Part shown: piece after piece, positions 1 through 10,663 of the stretch
Position numbering within the stretch: the first letter of the stretch is position 1
How the letters are laid out: every line of letters begins with the position of its first letter
Notes under the pieces: model-generated
What the model was told of the DNA's origin: nothing
The model's input: only the letters and a program-made list of their open reading frames with translations
The model's database searches: none
Position numbers and translations under genes: made by a program
Assembly (NCBI GenBank): GCA_965249485.1
Contig: OZ252239.1
Coordinates: forward strand, 2,432,001-2,496,000
Length of the DNA: 64,000 bases
Reading direction: 5' to 3'
Source of the DNA: a bacterium
Lineage (GTDB): Bacteria; SM23-31

Positions 1-9
1 CACTATTGC

Positions 10-1395
10 ATGATTAGGGAGAACGTCATGGTATCTCGGGTAATTTTGTTTTTATTTGCTTTGATGTTCACAGTTCCTGTTGTCAACGCACAACAACCGC
101 TACCACAGCGCACACCGGAGACAGATGCAGAAGCGCTCAGTCTGATGAGAAGCGAAAAACTTGACCTTACTCTGCCGGGAGCAATGCGCGATAATGATGT
201 GGATATGTGGATCCAGGTTAGCCGGGAAGGTTGGGACCCAATGGCCTTACAATTTGGAAGAACCTCCGGTTTCCTGATATTTACAGATTTAGGTGACAGG
301 ATTGAACGGGCGATGTTTGGTAGCGCAGGTGCTGTTGAAAATATTGATGTCCGTGGCTCTCTTGAGTTCAGCTTAGCTGTATCCGGTTATGATCATCCAC
401 CGGATGTCTACGAAGAATTAACAGGATTTGTTGCTGAACGTGATCCGAAAACTATTGCAGTCAATTATTCCGAATGGCTCCCTGTGGCAGACGGGATTTC
501 GCATACCCAATTTCTGAAATTGGAAAGAATCTTAGGAGCAAAATATTCAAAGAGAATTGAGTCTGCAGAGAATCTTATTACAGATTTTATAGTAAGAAGG
601 ACCGCTCGAGAGGTTGCAGCGCAGGTCGAAGTTTTGGCGCTCGCCCGTCAGAGAGCGTTACAAAAAATCGCCACAATTGTACCAGGTGTGACGACAGTAC
701 GGGAAGCCGGCGCACGGGTTTACTATTCAGCTACAACCAAACCTGAAGAAACAGTAAAAGACTTTCCACCTGATATTCGGTTTTTCATTCCGAATCCTGA
801 CTATGTTTTACAACGAGGAGACTTATTTGTCGGCGGCGAAGGTGCTCCTGAGGGTGACTATATGGGTTTTGGAGTAGACACGAAAATTCATTGTTATATT
901 TTGAGAGAAGGGGAAACAAAAGTCCCCAATTTTATACAAAAGGTTTTTGATAAAGCGATAGCGGGCCAATGGATTTTGCGCGAAGGTATGAAAGTCGGTA
1001 TGACTGCTAAGGAATCATTGGATATTATGGTCAAACTTATGGAAGATGAAGGCTATATTTATACACCTTTTAGAGACATAGGTCCTGAAGATTATATAAT
1101 GATCCAGAGGGAACTCGCTGGAAAAGGAACTGATGTTGCAGGGTTTTCCATTGATAATCATACGTTTGGCAATTTTCGCGAAGTCGGGCCCTCAATGGCG
1201 GCCTTTCGGTCAACCTCTCATCATTTGAAAATTCAGGAGAATCGTATTTTTGCTTTTGAATATATGGTTCATATGAATATTGCTGAACGGCCTGGTTATC
1301 CACTCGCTTTCAATATTTCAAATCCTCAAATCGTAACCAGCAGAGGAGTTGAATTTATATAGCCACTAAATGAGAAAATTGTGCTGATCCGTTAA
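10..1395 (+). CDS. Secreted M24 (Xaa-Pro aminopeptidase-fold) protein with a premature TAG at 1360-1362, 10 sense codons before the paralogous C-terminus
   Basis: Signal peptide; MRDNDVDMWI, ERDPKTIAVN and FAFEY motifs shared with four paralogs; frame continues PLNEKIVLIR-TAA (1395), matching the paralog end QPTNEKIVLIH. Confidence 0.8.
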
Positions 1396-1481
1396 ACTTA
1401 ACGTTATAAGAGTGCGAGAGTTGTTCCTACTGTTTATTACATTTTATGTGCCGAATATGAAGCAAAAGATCTCCATTTAAT

Positions 1482-1519
1482 AATAAAAGGGCTGGTTTAT
1501 ATAAACCAGCCTTTTTATT
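1482..1519. terminator. Bidirectional intrinsic terminator
   Basis: AATAAAAGGGCTGGTTTA-TA-TAAACCAGCCTTTTTATT hairpin with A and T tracts. Confidence 0.8.
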
Positions 1520-1776
1520 GAAATTGCAATCATTAACTGCGATAATTAACATTAATATTACGTTTTCCTTCTTCATTCGACTGATATTACAGAAAATGCT
1601 TGAAATTGCGAATATCAAATCTTACTATTAAATGTTTCCTCTATGTTTCTGCGATGAATTCCCAAGTCACATACGTTTTATGACCAAATAAATGCGACAA
1701 TTATGATTTAACATAATCTGTCTACCCACGAAAAATTTAATACATAGTTACTCATTAAGATTGAGAGGGTCTCGAA

Positions 1777-3243
1777 ATGGTTAATCGCATATTGTTTTTT
1801 TTGATTTCTTTGATGTTTGCCGTGCCTTGTGTCAATGCGCAGCCTGGTGTGCATACATCAAATACGGGTGGAGAAGTTCTACGTCTTATAAGAAATGAAA
1901 AACTTGATCTTATATTACCAGGAGCAATGCGTGACAATAATGTGGATATGTGGATTCATGTCACTCGTCCCGGAGACCCTGATCCACTGGCTCCTCAATT
2001 TGGCTCGACATCCGGTTATTTGATATTTACGGACCTGGGGGACAAGATTGAGCGTGCTGCTTTTGGTTCATCTGGAGCTGTTGAAAATATTGATGTACGT
2101 GGTTCCACGAATATTGGGCAAGCTATCAGTGGTATTAACTATAACAATATGGACCCTCGGCAGGGTTTTACGATTCCAGAAGTCTATGATGAGTTAACAG
2201 AATTTGTTGCCGAACGTGATCCAAAAACAATAGCAGTAAATTACTCCGATTGGCTTACTACGGCTGATGGGATTTCACATACTGCATATCTTAAACTGCA
2301 AACAATTTTAGGGGCAAAGTATTCTGCGAGAATCATCTCCGCAGAGAATGTCATAACAGATTTCCTATTGCGAAGAACTCTTCGGGAAATTACAGCTCAG
2401 ACAAACACATTGGAATTGAGCCGCCAGATTGCCGCGGAGGCTTTATCCCTTATAAAACCGGAAGTAACAACGATACGGGATATAACATGGTGGGCAAGGG
2501 AGGAAGCATTCAAACGTGGCTTAAGAGGCTATAGTACCTGGTCACCGGGAGGTATCCGACTTTACTACTCTGCAAAATCAGAACGAATTGAACCGCCAGA
2601 TGCACGGCACTGGATCCGTCATGGCGACTATGTATTTCAACGGGGTGATTTTTTTGCTTTGCATGGTGGGGTCAATTATCTGGGATTTGGGACAGATACC
2701 AAAACTCATGCATATATTATGAGAGAAGGGGAAACGAGTGTTCCCGAGAGTATACAGTATGCCTATGATCAGGCTATAAAAGCTATAGGCATTATGCGGC
2801 CGCATGTAAGAGTTGGAATGACAGCCGGGGAATCATTACGTGCTATGGTCAGAGCTGTGGAGGAAGAAGGCTATATATATACAGAACTAACAGATTCACG
2901 GGGACCATTACCTGACGGCTCAAAAACGAGAGACTATTCAATTATTCAAGAGGCACTCGCAAATACCGATAAGTCGGGAATTTATATTGATTTTCACTCT
3001 ATGGGTAATAATGGCAGTGGTTTGAACTATCCCGGACCATCAATGGCGGCATTTCGACCGGACATGGCTCATTTGAAAATTCAAGAGAACCATATCTTTG
3101 CATTTGAATATGCGGTCCATACGAACCTCCCTGAAAGACCCGGTTATCCGATTTCTATTAATATTTCGAATCCCCAGGTTGTGTCGAGCCGGGGAGTTGA
3201 ATTTATTCAGCCCACGAATGAAAAAATCGTACTGATCCATTAA
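1777..3243 (+). CDS. Secreted M24-family protein
   Basis: Signal peptide, MRDNNVDMWI, C-terminal RGVEFIQP; paralog of 10..1395 and 14341..15813. Confidence 0.8.
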   Translation: MVNRILFFLISLMFAVPCVNAQPGVHTSNTGGEVLRLIRNEKLDLILPGAMRDNNVDMWIHVTRPGDPDPLAPQFGSTSGYLIFTDLGDKIERAAFGSSGAVENIDVRGSTNIGQAISGINYNNMDPRQGFTIPEVYDELTEFVAERDPKTIAVNYSDWLTTADGISHTAYLKLQTILGAKYSARIISAENVITDFLLRRTLREITAQTNTLELSRQIAAEALSLIKPEVTTIRDITWWAREEAFKRGLRGYSTWSPGGIRLYYSAKSERIEPPDARHWIRHGDYVFQRGDFFALHGGVNYLGFGTDTKTHAYIMREGETSVPESIQYAYDQAIKAIGIMRPHVRVGMTAGESLRAMVRAVEEEGYIYTELTDSRGPLPDGSKTRDYSIIQEALANTDKSGIYIDFHSMGNNGSGLNYPGPSMAAFRPDMAHLKIQENHIFAFEYAVHTNLPERPGYPISINISNPQVVSSRGVEFIQPTNEKIVLIH

Positions 3244-3279
3244 ACTTCAAACAATGAGACTATAGGGTATAATACTAAA

Positions 3280-4164
3280 ATGAAAAATGATAAGAAACTG
3301 ATCCCTCAGATTGATGGTGAATGGTGGACAATAGCCGGTATTCCGGATCTTGGTCCCTACAATACAGAAAATCAGGAGCCGGTAGATTTCGGCATATGGC
3401 AGGCAGCCGATCAAACCTGGCAGTTATGTTCTTGTGTTCGCCATACTGGTTGTGGCGGAAATACAAGGTTGCTCTACCGCTGGCAATCCGATTCGTTGAC
3501 AAATGAAAACTGGACACCTATGGGAATTACCATGGAAGCAGACCCTAACTTCGGAGAAACAGCCGGAGGTCTCCAGGCGCCGTTTGTCTATAAACATGAA
3601 AATCTGTATTACATGTTTTATGGTGACTGGGTAAATATCTGTATGGCATGGAGCAGTGATGGGAAATCGTTCGCACGCCTTCTGAACGCGGATAACCTAA
3701 GCGGCCTTTTTACGGAGGGTCATCGATCAAGTTCAAGAGACCCGATGATTATGGCTTTTAGGAATAAATTTTATTTATACTATACCGGTGTACCGGAAGG
3801 TGAGGGAAGAGTCTATTGCAGAACGTCTGATGATTTATATAACTGGGGAGATTCAATTATTGTTTCAAGCGGCGGCAGTGCCGGAAGCGGTCCAGAGGAT
3901 GCTGAATGCCCATTTGTGCTATACCTGCCTGAAGAACAAAATTTTTACTTATTCAGGGTCAAAGTACATAAAGAATGTCATACTACCATTTACTGTTCAA
4001 ATGATCCTCTGAATTTTGGTATTGATGATGATAAATACAAAGTTTGTACGTTACCATATCAGGCAATGAGAATTATTCATCATGACCGGCAATACTTCGC
4101 TGCTGTGCTCAATCCGGAATATAATGGAATGAGAATGGCAAGACTGAAATGGGTACGTCCTTAA
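3280..4164 (+). CDS. Five-bladed beta-propeller glycoside hydrolase (GH32/clan J-like)
   Basis: RDP (SSRDPMI) and EC (AECPFV) motifs, repeated YYMFY/FYLYY blades. Confidence 0.65.
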   Translation: MKNDKKLIPQIDGEWWTIAGIPDLGPYNTENQEPVDFGIWQAADQTWQLCSCVRHTGCGGNTRLLYRWQSDSLTNENWTPMGITMEADPNFGETAGGLQAPFVYKHENLYYMFYGDWVNICMAWSSDGKSFARLLNADNLSGLFTEGHRSSSRDPMIMAFRNKFYLYYTGVPEGEGRVYCRTSDDLYNWGDSIIVSSGGSAGSGPEDAECPFVLYLPEEQNFYLFRVKVHKECHTTIYCSNDPLNFGIDDDKYKVCTLPYQAMRIIHHDRQYFAAVLNPEYNGMRMARLKWVRP

Positions 4165-4324
4165 CAATTGAACAGAGAAATGTTCAAGTCCTGTTAGTGT
4201 TAACAACTATAGATTTACCATAATCTTCGTATTACTGCTTGATTTCTGCAAAATATCCTTTTTGAGATATATAAAAGAGAAAAAGGGATACCTTTTAATA
4301 ATTGCAAACAAGGAGAATGGAACC

Positions 4325-5965
4325 ATGCTCAAGCATAATTATTTTGTTGTAACTTCTCTCCTTTTGTTCAGTCTTACGTTTTTTTATTGTTCTGCCGAAG
4401 ATGGCCAAATTGAAATGGTCGTGAATAGCACGTATGACGATCTTGTCAGTCTATTTCTCGAATTTCGTGAGTTTCAGCAGGTAAAAATCATCAATGGTGT
4501 TCCTGATTACACAGCTGCTGCAATGGATGAGCAAAAGCGTGGTTTGAAAACATTTCAAAGTCAGCTTGCTGCGTTTAATATTAAAGACTGGCCGGTTTCA
4601 CAACAGGTCGATTACCATTTGGTACGAGCTGAAATGAACGGGCTCGATTTCTTTCATCGGGTTCTCCGTCCCTGGTCGCGTGACCCCCTTTATTACATGC
4701 CAAATCAGGGGGGCTCTGTATTCAGAATGACCGGATTGTCCAGCCTTAGGCGGACCAGACTTCCTTTATCTCCTGACAGATTGCCGGAATTTCGAATAAC
4801 ACTGCAAGCCGTTCCCGCAATATATGAGCAGGCAAAAGAAAACCTGAGAGATGTACCTGAGGATTTTACAAATCTTGCTATCCATTTCATTGACCGAGAA
4901 GCGTCCAACTACTACAACCTCGCAGTTCAACTCGCAGAACACCATCCTGAACTGGTTACCAGCGCTGAACAGGCCGCCAATGCGGTGATTGACTATGGAA
5001 AATGGCTTGAGGATAACAAAAGCAGTATGACCGGTCCGGTAGGTATTGGGGTAGAAAACTATAATTGGTGGCTGAAAAATGTACATCTTTTTCCCTATAC
5101 ATGGGAAGAGTGTATGACCATTGTACAGCATGAATACAGCCGCATAATAACCTTTCTGGAATTAGAAGAAAACAGGAACCGTGATCTTCCTCCACTTGAA
5201 GTAGCGGATACAGAAAAGGAATATTACCGCCGCCTCGATATTGCTCTCAATAGTGTTGTTACGTTCCTCCGTGATGAAGAAATATTAACAGTCCCCGATT
5301 GGCTGGATCCCGCAGACTACATTGATCCTAATAAACCCAGGAGACCACTTCCGACGAGTAATACTATTGACCACAGAGCCCGTGAACGCGAAGTACTGCC
5401 CGGTGAAACACATGAATTTATTGGCCATCTTTTTGATCGACAGAGGACCGAACGTGACGAACGTCCGATCCGCGGGGCACAACGACTTTATAATATGGAT
5501 TGGATCCGTTCGGAAGGGTGGGCAGCCTCATTGGAAGAACTGTTGATGCAAGCTGGTGTTCTCGACAATAGGCTGCAACGAGGAAGGGAAGTTGAGTACC
5601 TCATGAATGCTTCACATATGAGCCTTTCATTACCCGATCTGAAGTTGCACAACAACGAAATCAATTATACCGAAATGAGAAAACTCTGTGCCGAGATTAT
5701 GCCGTACAAATGGTCTGATGAAGATGATCGTATGGTGTGGCATGAAATGCAGACGAACCTGCGTTCTCCGGGTTTTCATACTGGTGTAGTCGTTGGTAAA
5801 GCCCATTTCACGAAACTGTTAAAAGACCGGGCTATGCAGTTAGGGGAAGATTTTGTTCTGCGTGATTTTGTTGATGAGTTTCTGGCAGCAGGTGAAATAC
5901 CCATGGCGCTCACAAGGTGGGAAATGACCGGTTATGATGATGAGATGAAAAAGTTGTTACAATGA
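4325..5965 (+). CDS. DUF885-family (gluzincin-like) protein, exported
   Basis: RPWSRDP, HEFIGH, SEGWA and F(V)LRDFVDEFL motifs; ATG 4325 follows an AGGAG SD (ORF track start 4262). Confidence 0.75.
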   Translation: MLKHNYFVVTSLLLFSLTFFYCSAEDGQIEMVVNSTYDDLVSLFLEFREFQQVKIINGVPDYTAAAMDEQKRGLKTFQSQLAAFNIKDWPVSQQVDYHLVRAEMNGLDFFHRVLRPWSRDPLYYMPNQGGSVFRMTGLSSLRRTRLPLSPDRLPEFRITLQAVPAIYEQAKENLRDVPEDFTNLAIHFIDREASNYYNLAVQLAEHHPELVTSAEQAANAVIDYGKWLEDNKSSMTGPVGIGVENYNWWLKNVHLFPYTWEECMTIVQHEYSRIITFLELEENRNRDLPPLEVADTEKEYYRRLDIALNSVVTFLRDEEILTVPDWLDPADYIDPNKPRRPLPTSNTIDHRAREREVLPGETHEFIGHLFDRQRTERDERPIRGAQRLYNMDWIRSEGWAASLEELLMQAGVLDNRLQRGREVEYLMNASHMSLSLPDLKLHNNEINYTEMRKLCAEIMPYKWSDEDDRMVWHEMQTNLRSPGFHTGVVVGKAHFTKLLKDRAMQLGEDFVLRDFVDEFLAAGEIPMALTRWEMTGYDDEMKKLLQ

Positions 5966-6293
5966 TATGCTGCTACAGTTCTCTGAGCACATGTAAAATA
6001 ATTTTTAAATTCAACTCACATAGTCCGATTTGTTCTTCATTGAACGAATTTATGGAGATTAAGAATGATAACGTCGTCAACAAATTTAAGAATACGCAGT
6101 TCAATAATTTTATACCACGCAACAATTGCTAAAGTAACTCTATATAAAAATGACGTAAAGTAAATATAGATAATATATTACGGAATATTTAATTCGCTTT
6201 TATTTTTGACAATTTACAATAATATAATTGAACTTGATTACATTTTTGAATCGAGTTCTTCCAGGTTATCCTGTTGAAGAAGCTTAATGTTTA

Positions 6294-7880
6294 CTACCGT
6301 TTTTTGGCTTTGACAACGACCGGTCTTGCTCCCCTATTCTGTTCTTTGAATCTCCTCAGAATCAATTCTGCCTCAATGAATGGCACGGTAATAAAAGAGA
6401 AATCCTTCATAACCCGCACATTATTGATCTTACGGTCGCTGATCTTTGCTTTCTTTTTAATGAATTCCACGAGTTTACGTTTGGTCATATTGTCTCTGGT
6501 ACCGCGCGCTACGAGTAGCTGTGTTTCACCTTGAATAGCCGGCTGTATGTCACGAATCTCGTTGTAGCTGCTGGGATCGAATTCATCCTCAAAGGCATGT
6601 TTCAGCAGAGCCGCCATTGCTATTTCAGGATCATTTCCTTTCAGCAGCTGTCGGGACATTGTTAAAATATCAACAGGAATATCTTCTTTTGAAATTCTTT
6701 CAACTTCTTTCTTGAGTCGAGAACTTTTTACCTGTATGATATCTTTGATATTTGGCAGATGTTTTTTGCGTATTTCGGTACTAGCGATTTTTTGAATTTG
6801 CATAAGTTTCCGGTATTCCGAAGGCGTAATAAAAGTGATTGCAGTTCCTTCTTTGCCCGCTCGTCCCGTTCGGCCAATACGGTGAATATATGATTCAGTA
6901 TTCTGAGGCAGCGAATAATTGATAACATGCGTTAGATTCTGAACATCAATTCCCCGTGCCGCAACATCGGAAGCGATGAGTACGTTGACCCGCTGTTTTT
7001 TAAACTGTTCGAGGATTTTCTCCCGTTGTCCCTGTGAAAAATCGCCATGCAGTGCGGCGGCTTCATATCCACGTTCGAGCAGATGCGAAGCAACTTCGTT
7101 GACATCCACCTTTGTTCTGCAAAATACCAATCCGTAAAAGTACTCTTCGAAATCCATAATCCGGCAAAGTGCTTCAAATTTATCTTTTGCAGCTACTTCA
7201 AAATATATCTGGTCAGTCAGGTCAACGGGAGCTTGTTTTTGTTCGATAAGGATCTTCTCATAACCACGCATGTATTTCTTAGCAACTTTGTCAATTACCT
7301 TAGGCATTGTGGCCGAAAAGAGCAGCGTTATCCTGTTACTGTTTGTTTTCCCAAGAATGAGGTCAATATCCTCGATAAAGCCCATATTGAGCATCTCGTC
7401 CGCTTCATCCAAAACAACATAAGAAACACTGTTGAGGTTCAGCCGTTTTCGCTTGATATGATCGAGAACCCTTCCGGGCGTTCCAACGACAATGTCTACT
7501 CCCTTCTTGAGACGCTTAGTCTGTTGTTGAATTGACTGTCCGCCATAGATTGGTGTTATCTGTAAGTTTTTCTGGCCTTTAAGCGAATACAACTCTTCCG
7601 ATACCTGTATGGCAAGCTCCCGTGTAGGTACTAAAACGAGTACCTGAACAAAATCTGACCTGTCTGCGATGTTCTCAATGATCGGTATACCATACGCAGC
7701 GGTTTTGCCGGTTCCGGTCTGAGCCTGTCCGACCAGATCGCGGGAAGTGTTGAGAATAAGAGGCGTTATCTTTTCCTGTATGGGTGTAGGCTCCTCGAAT
7801 CCTTTTTTTTCTAACGCCTGAAGCATGTTTTCCGAAAGTCCTAAATTCCTAAATTTTTCAAGTTTCTTCATTAATACCAC
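6294..7880 (-). CDS. deaD: DEAD-box RNA helicase (DeaD/CsdA-like, C-terminal DbpA-type RNA-binding domain)
   Basis: AQTGTGKT, PTRELA, DEAD, SAT and HRIGRTGRAG motifs. Confidence 0.9.
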   Translation of the reverse strand: MVLMKKLEKFRNLGLSENMLQALEKKGFEEPTPIQEKITPLILNTSRDLVGQAQTGTGKTAAYGIPIIENIADRSDFVQVLVLVPTRELAIQVSEELYSLKGQKNLQITPIYGGQSIQQQTKRLKKGVDIVVGTPGRVLDHIKRKRLNLNSVSYVVLDEADEMLNMGFIEDIDLILGKTNSNRITLLFSATMPKVIDKVAKKYMRGYEKILIEQKQAPVDLTDQIYFEVAAKDKFEALCRIMDFEEYFYGLVFCRTKVDVNEVASHLLERGYEAAALHGDFSQGQREKILEQFKKQRVNVLIASDVAARGIDVQNLTHVINYSLPQNTESYIHRIGRTGRAGKEGTAITFITPSEYRKLMQIQKIASTEIRKKHLPNIKDIIQVKSSRLKKEVERISKEDIPVDILTMSRQLLKGNDPEIAMAALLKHAFEDEFDPSSYNEIRDIQPAIQGETQLLVARGTRDNMTKRKLVEFIKKKAKISDRKINNVRVMKDFSFITVPFIEAELILRRFKEQNRGARPVVVKAKKR

Positions 7881-8408
7881 TCTTTATATTGATTTGGTTT
7901 TGTCAAAATATCAGAGCATGTGGTAATGCAATTTCTTCACATAGTGATATAGTATCTGATATTTCCCATATCAATTCTTTAAAGAGTTTGACATGGATTT
8001 TATAATAGTACCAAGTTAACTAATGAACCTTTCAATTCAAACAGCAAAAGTCATTGGAGGAATAAACATATCCTCATTAGTCCTATTAGTTCCATTACCT
8101 GTTCAAAAACATACAATTCAGAGACGCATCTTTATTTGTTTCTTGTCAGGAAAATTAACGTTTTGCAGTACAATAGTGTAATTGATCTAAAAAAAATAGG
8201 TATCCTTGAACAGGTAAGAGGAATTTTGACAAACTGTATAATCTGAAGGAATGGACTGGCATAGTGAGAACAATACTGGATATGTAGACTCTCCATAAAG
8301 CAACCATTTTGAAACCATTCTCTGTATGCGTATTTATGTAATTGTTCTTTAATGTCCGAAATCCTTGATTTTGAACAGTGATTGCTTATATTAACGTTAT
8401 GAATTGTG

Positions 8409-8461
8409 GAGCAAACTACTCACAATCTGTGAGTCGCTGGTTCGAGTCTTGCCGGGCATCA
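8409..8461 (+). pseudogene. Degenerate tRNA 3' fragment (tRNA-Ile2/Met-like), possible att scar
   Basis: GAGCA...ACTCACAATC...GTCGCTGGTTCGAGTC..GCCGGGC resembles anticodon arm plus T-arm; no acceptor 5' strand or D-arm visible. Confidence 0.45.
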
Positions 8462-8601
8462 TTAAATACCATGATTATGTGAAGATATTAAAGTGATTTT
8501 CAAAGACGATACACAAATACTAATAAGTATTTTATATAATGATGTAAAGGTCATAAAATTGATCTTTGAAGGATTCTTTAAAATAAAATTAGGATTGAGA
8601 A

Positions 8602-8943
8602 ATGAGGCCATTGGATTTAGCTCTGAAATATAGGATAATATTCTAATCGGACGGAGACGTTAATAGATTATTTTATTTATTTGCGGATGACTTTACTTTT
8701 AGCGGACCCCTTCACAAATTTGACTCAAGAAAAGATTATATAGAATCGTTAAAATCAGATCCTCCTGTAGGATTTGAATATAAAATAATATCTTCATTTG
8801 AAAATGAATTCTCTGATTGTTTAGTCTATCAAGTTTTGAAACCAGAAATATCTGTCCCAATGGCACAAATATTTAATATTAGTAATAATAAAATTAGTAA
8901 CATTTTGCTCATTTTCGATACACGTGTATTTCTTGATAGTTAA
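8602..8943 (+). pseudogene. SnoaL/NTF2-like protein with an in-frame TAA at 8644-8646 (not in ORF track)
   Basis: MRPLDLALKYRIIF*SDGDVNRLFYLFADDFTFSGPLHKFDSRKDYI...NNKISNILLIFDTRVF, NTF2-like LFADD..F.GP and KI...L.FD pattern. Confidence 0.6.
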
Positions 8944-9183
8944 CTTTATCGCAGTATATACCAGATTTTCCCGAATTCTCCTGTGGAACATCATTTCCTT
9001 ACATTTGCAGTATATTTAATTTTAAATACATTATTATATCATTATACAAGTTTACAAAATGTCACACGCGCTCCACAGTTTTATCCAATTGGAATTTTCA
9101 AACATTCTACTTGCGTTTAAATTCCTAAATATACATTATTTTCTCTTGTCATCAATTTAAACACACACAGTTTATTCATTTAA

Positions 9184-10545
9184 ATGAATATTGTTATAGG
9201 AGGTAGTATCTTGAGATTTATGCGGTTTCTTCTTGCATTTATTTGCACTCTTTTGCTTGTCAATAATGTAACAGCCCAATCTCTGGAATCAGATGTTATG
9301 ATGGATGTGCTCAATCTGATTCGAACTGAGAAGTTTGATTTCCTATTACCGCATGCCATGAGAGATAATGACGTAGACATGTGGATTCATGTCGTTGGCA
9401 CCAATAACTCTGAAGAAGGTCATCTTGATCCTCTGAGGTTGGATCTGGGTGGTAATACCGGGTATTTTATCTTTACCGATCGTGGTGGAGACAGGATTGA
9501 ACGAGCTGCATTTGGCCGTATTACTTCTGATGTTCGGGCAAGTGGAGCATACGACATCATTGAAGGAAATATTTCGGATGAGGATCTCGCACAATTCGTT
9601 GCCAAGCGCGACCCCCAAAACATTGGCGTAAATTATTCGGAATGGCTTACTATGGCAGACGGCATATCACATACGGATTACACGAGACTGGTCAATGCTG
9701 TCGGTGATAAATATGCGAAAAGGTTTGTGTCCGCCGAGTATGTGATCAACGATTTTCGCTCGATTAGAGTAATGAGTGAAATAGTCTTTTATGGAGAACT
9801 GTGCAGACAAACTGTCAAGGCGGTGGAAAAGGCTTTTGATATGATCGAGCCCGGTGTAACAACACCGAATGATATCGGCCGATGGCTGCGGCACAAAAAC
9901 ATGTCAGGTGGCTATGGTTCGACAATCCAATTTGGTCTACCGGGAGCGTCTGCAAGAAATCTGTTTAGTGGTGAAAGAGTTCCAGGTGATGGTGCTATTC
10001 AGGCTGGCGATCTGGTCAGTATTGACTTTGGTATTATCATGATGAACTACCGCATAGACCTTAAACGGGCTGCGTATGTAATGGGTGACGATGAAACTGT
10101 CATTCCTCCGCAACTGCAGGAAGCCTTCGATGAAGCCATGAAAGCTCGCAAGATTCTCCGTGCAAATGTCAAGGTGGGACGTACTGCTAAAGAGACTAAA
10201 GAAATCATCGGGAATGCTATGAATGCTGCCGGATTTAGCTTTGTTGGGAGTGATGGTGTCACCGATCCAAAAAAGACGACCGTTTCTATCGATCTGCATC
10301 CTCTGGGGCATCAATGGAGTGATGACGCTGTTGGGCCTCGGTTGGCTAATTGGGGATTAGACAGGGAACATCTGAAGATCCCATCGTATTTTCTCTTTGT
10401 TCTGGAATATGTTACAAGAAAACCGGTGCCTGAGTGGGGTGAAGGTAAGAATATCAGCTTATCTATCGAAGATGATGTGGTCGTCACAGAACGTGGAGTT
10501 GAGTTCCTCTATCCACCGATTAAACAGATACGATTGATTCGTTAA
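9184..10545 (+). CDS. Secreted M24 Xaa-Pro aminopeptidase-family protein with a full metal-ligand set
   Basis: SIDFG..YRID, HPLGH, LEY and IEDD give the D-D-H-E-E set. Confidence 0.85.
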   Translation: MNIVIGGSILRFMRFLLAFICTLLLVNNVTAQSLESDVMMDVLNLIRTEKFDFLLPHAMRDNDVDMWIHVVGTNNSEEGHLDPLRLDLGGNTGYFIFTDRGGDRIERAAFGRITSDVRASGAYDIIEGNISDEDLAQFVAKRDPQNIGVNYSEWLTMADGISHTDYTRLVNAVGDKYAKRFVSAEYVINDFRSIRVMSEIVFYGELCRQTVKAVEKAFDMIEPGVTTPNDIGRWLRHKNMSGGYGSTIQFGLPGASARNLFSGERVPGDGAIQAGDLVSIDFGIIMMNYRIDLKRAAYVMGDDETVIPPQLQEAFDEAMKARKILRANVKVGRTAKETKEIIGNAMNAAGFSFVGSDGVTDPKKTTVSIDLHPLGHQWSDDAVGPRLANWGLDREHLKIPSYFLFVLEYVTRKPVPEWGEGKNISLSIEDDVVVTERGVEFLYPPIKQIRLIR

Positions 10546-10663
10546 CACCTGGATCAGCAAGTGTTATTTTGATTGAAGTATAGTCGAATTGTAATAATTG
10601 AAACATGATAATCGTATGTAAATAAGCCAGTTAGGTCTATTATTTTGTAAGGGGCAGATGTAA

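Noticed and set aside
1446..1459. 14-bp reverse-complement match to the att arm near 27479
   Set aside because: Matches of this length are expected by chance in 64 kb and there is no flanking similarity
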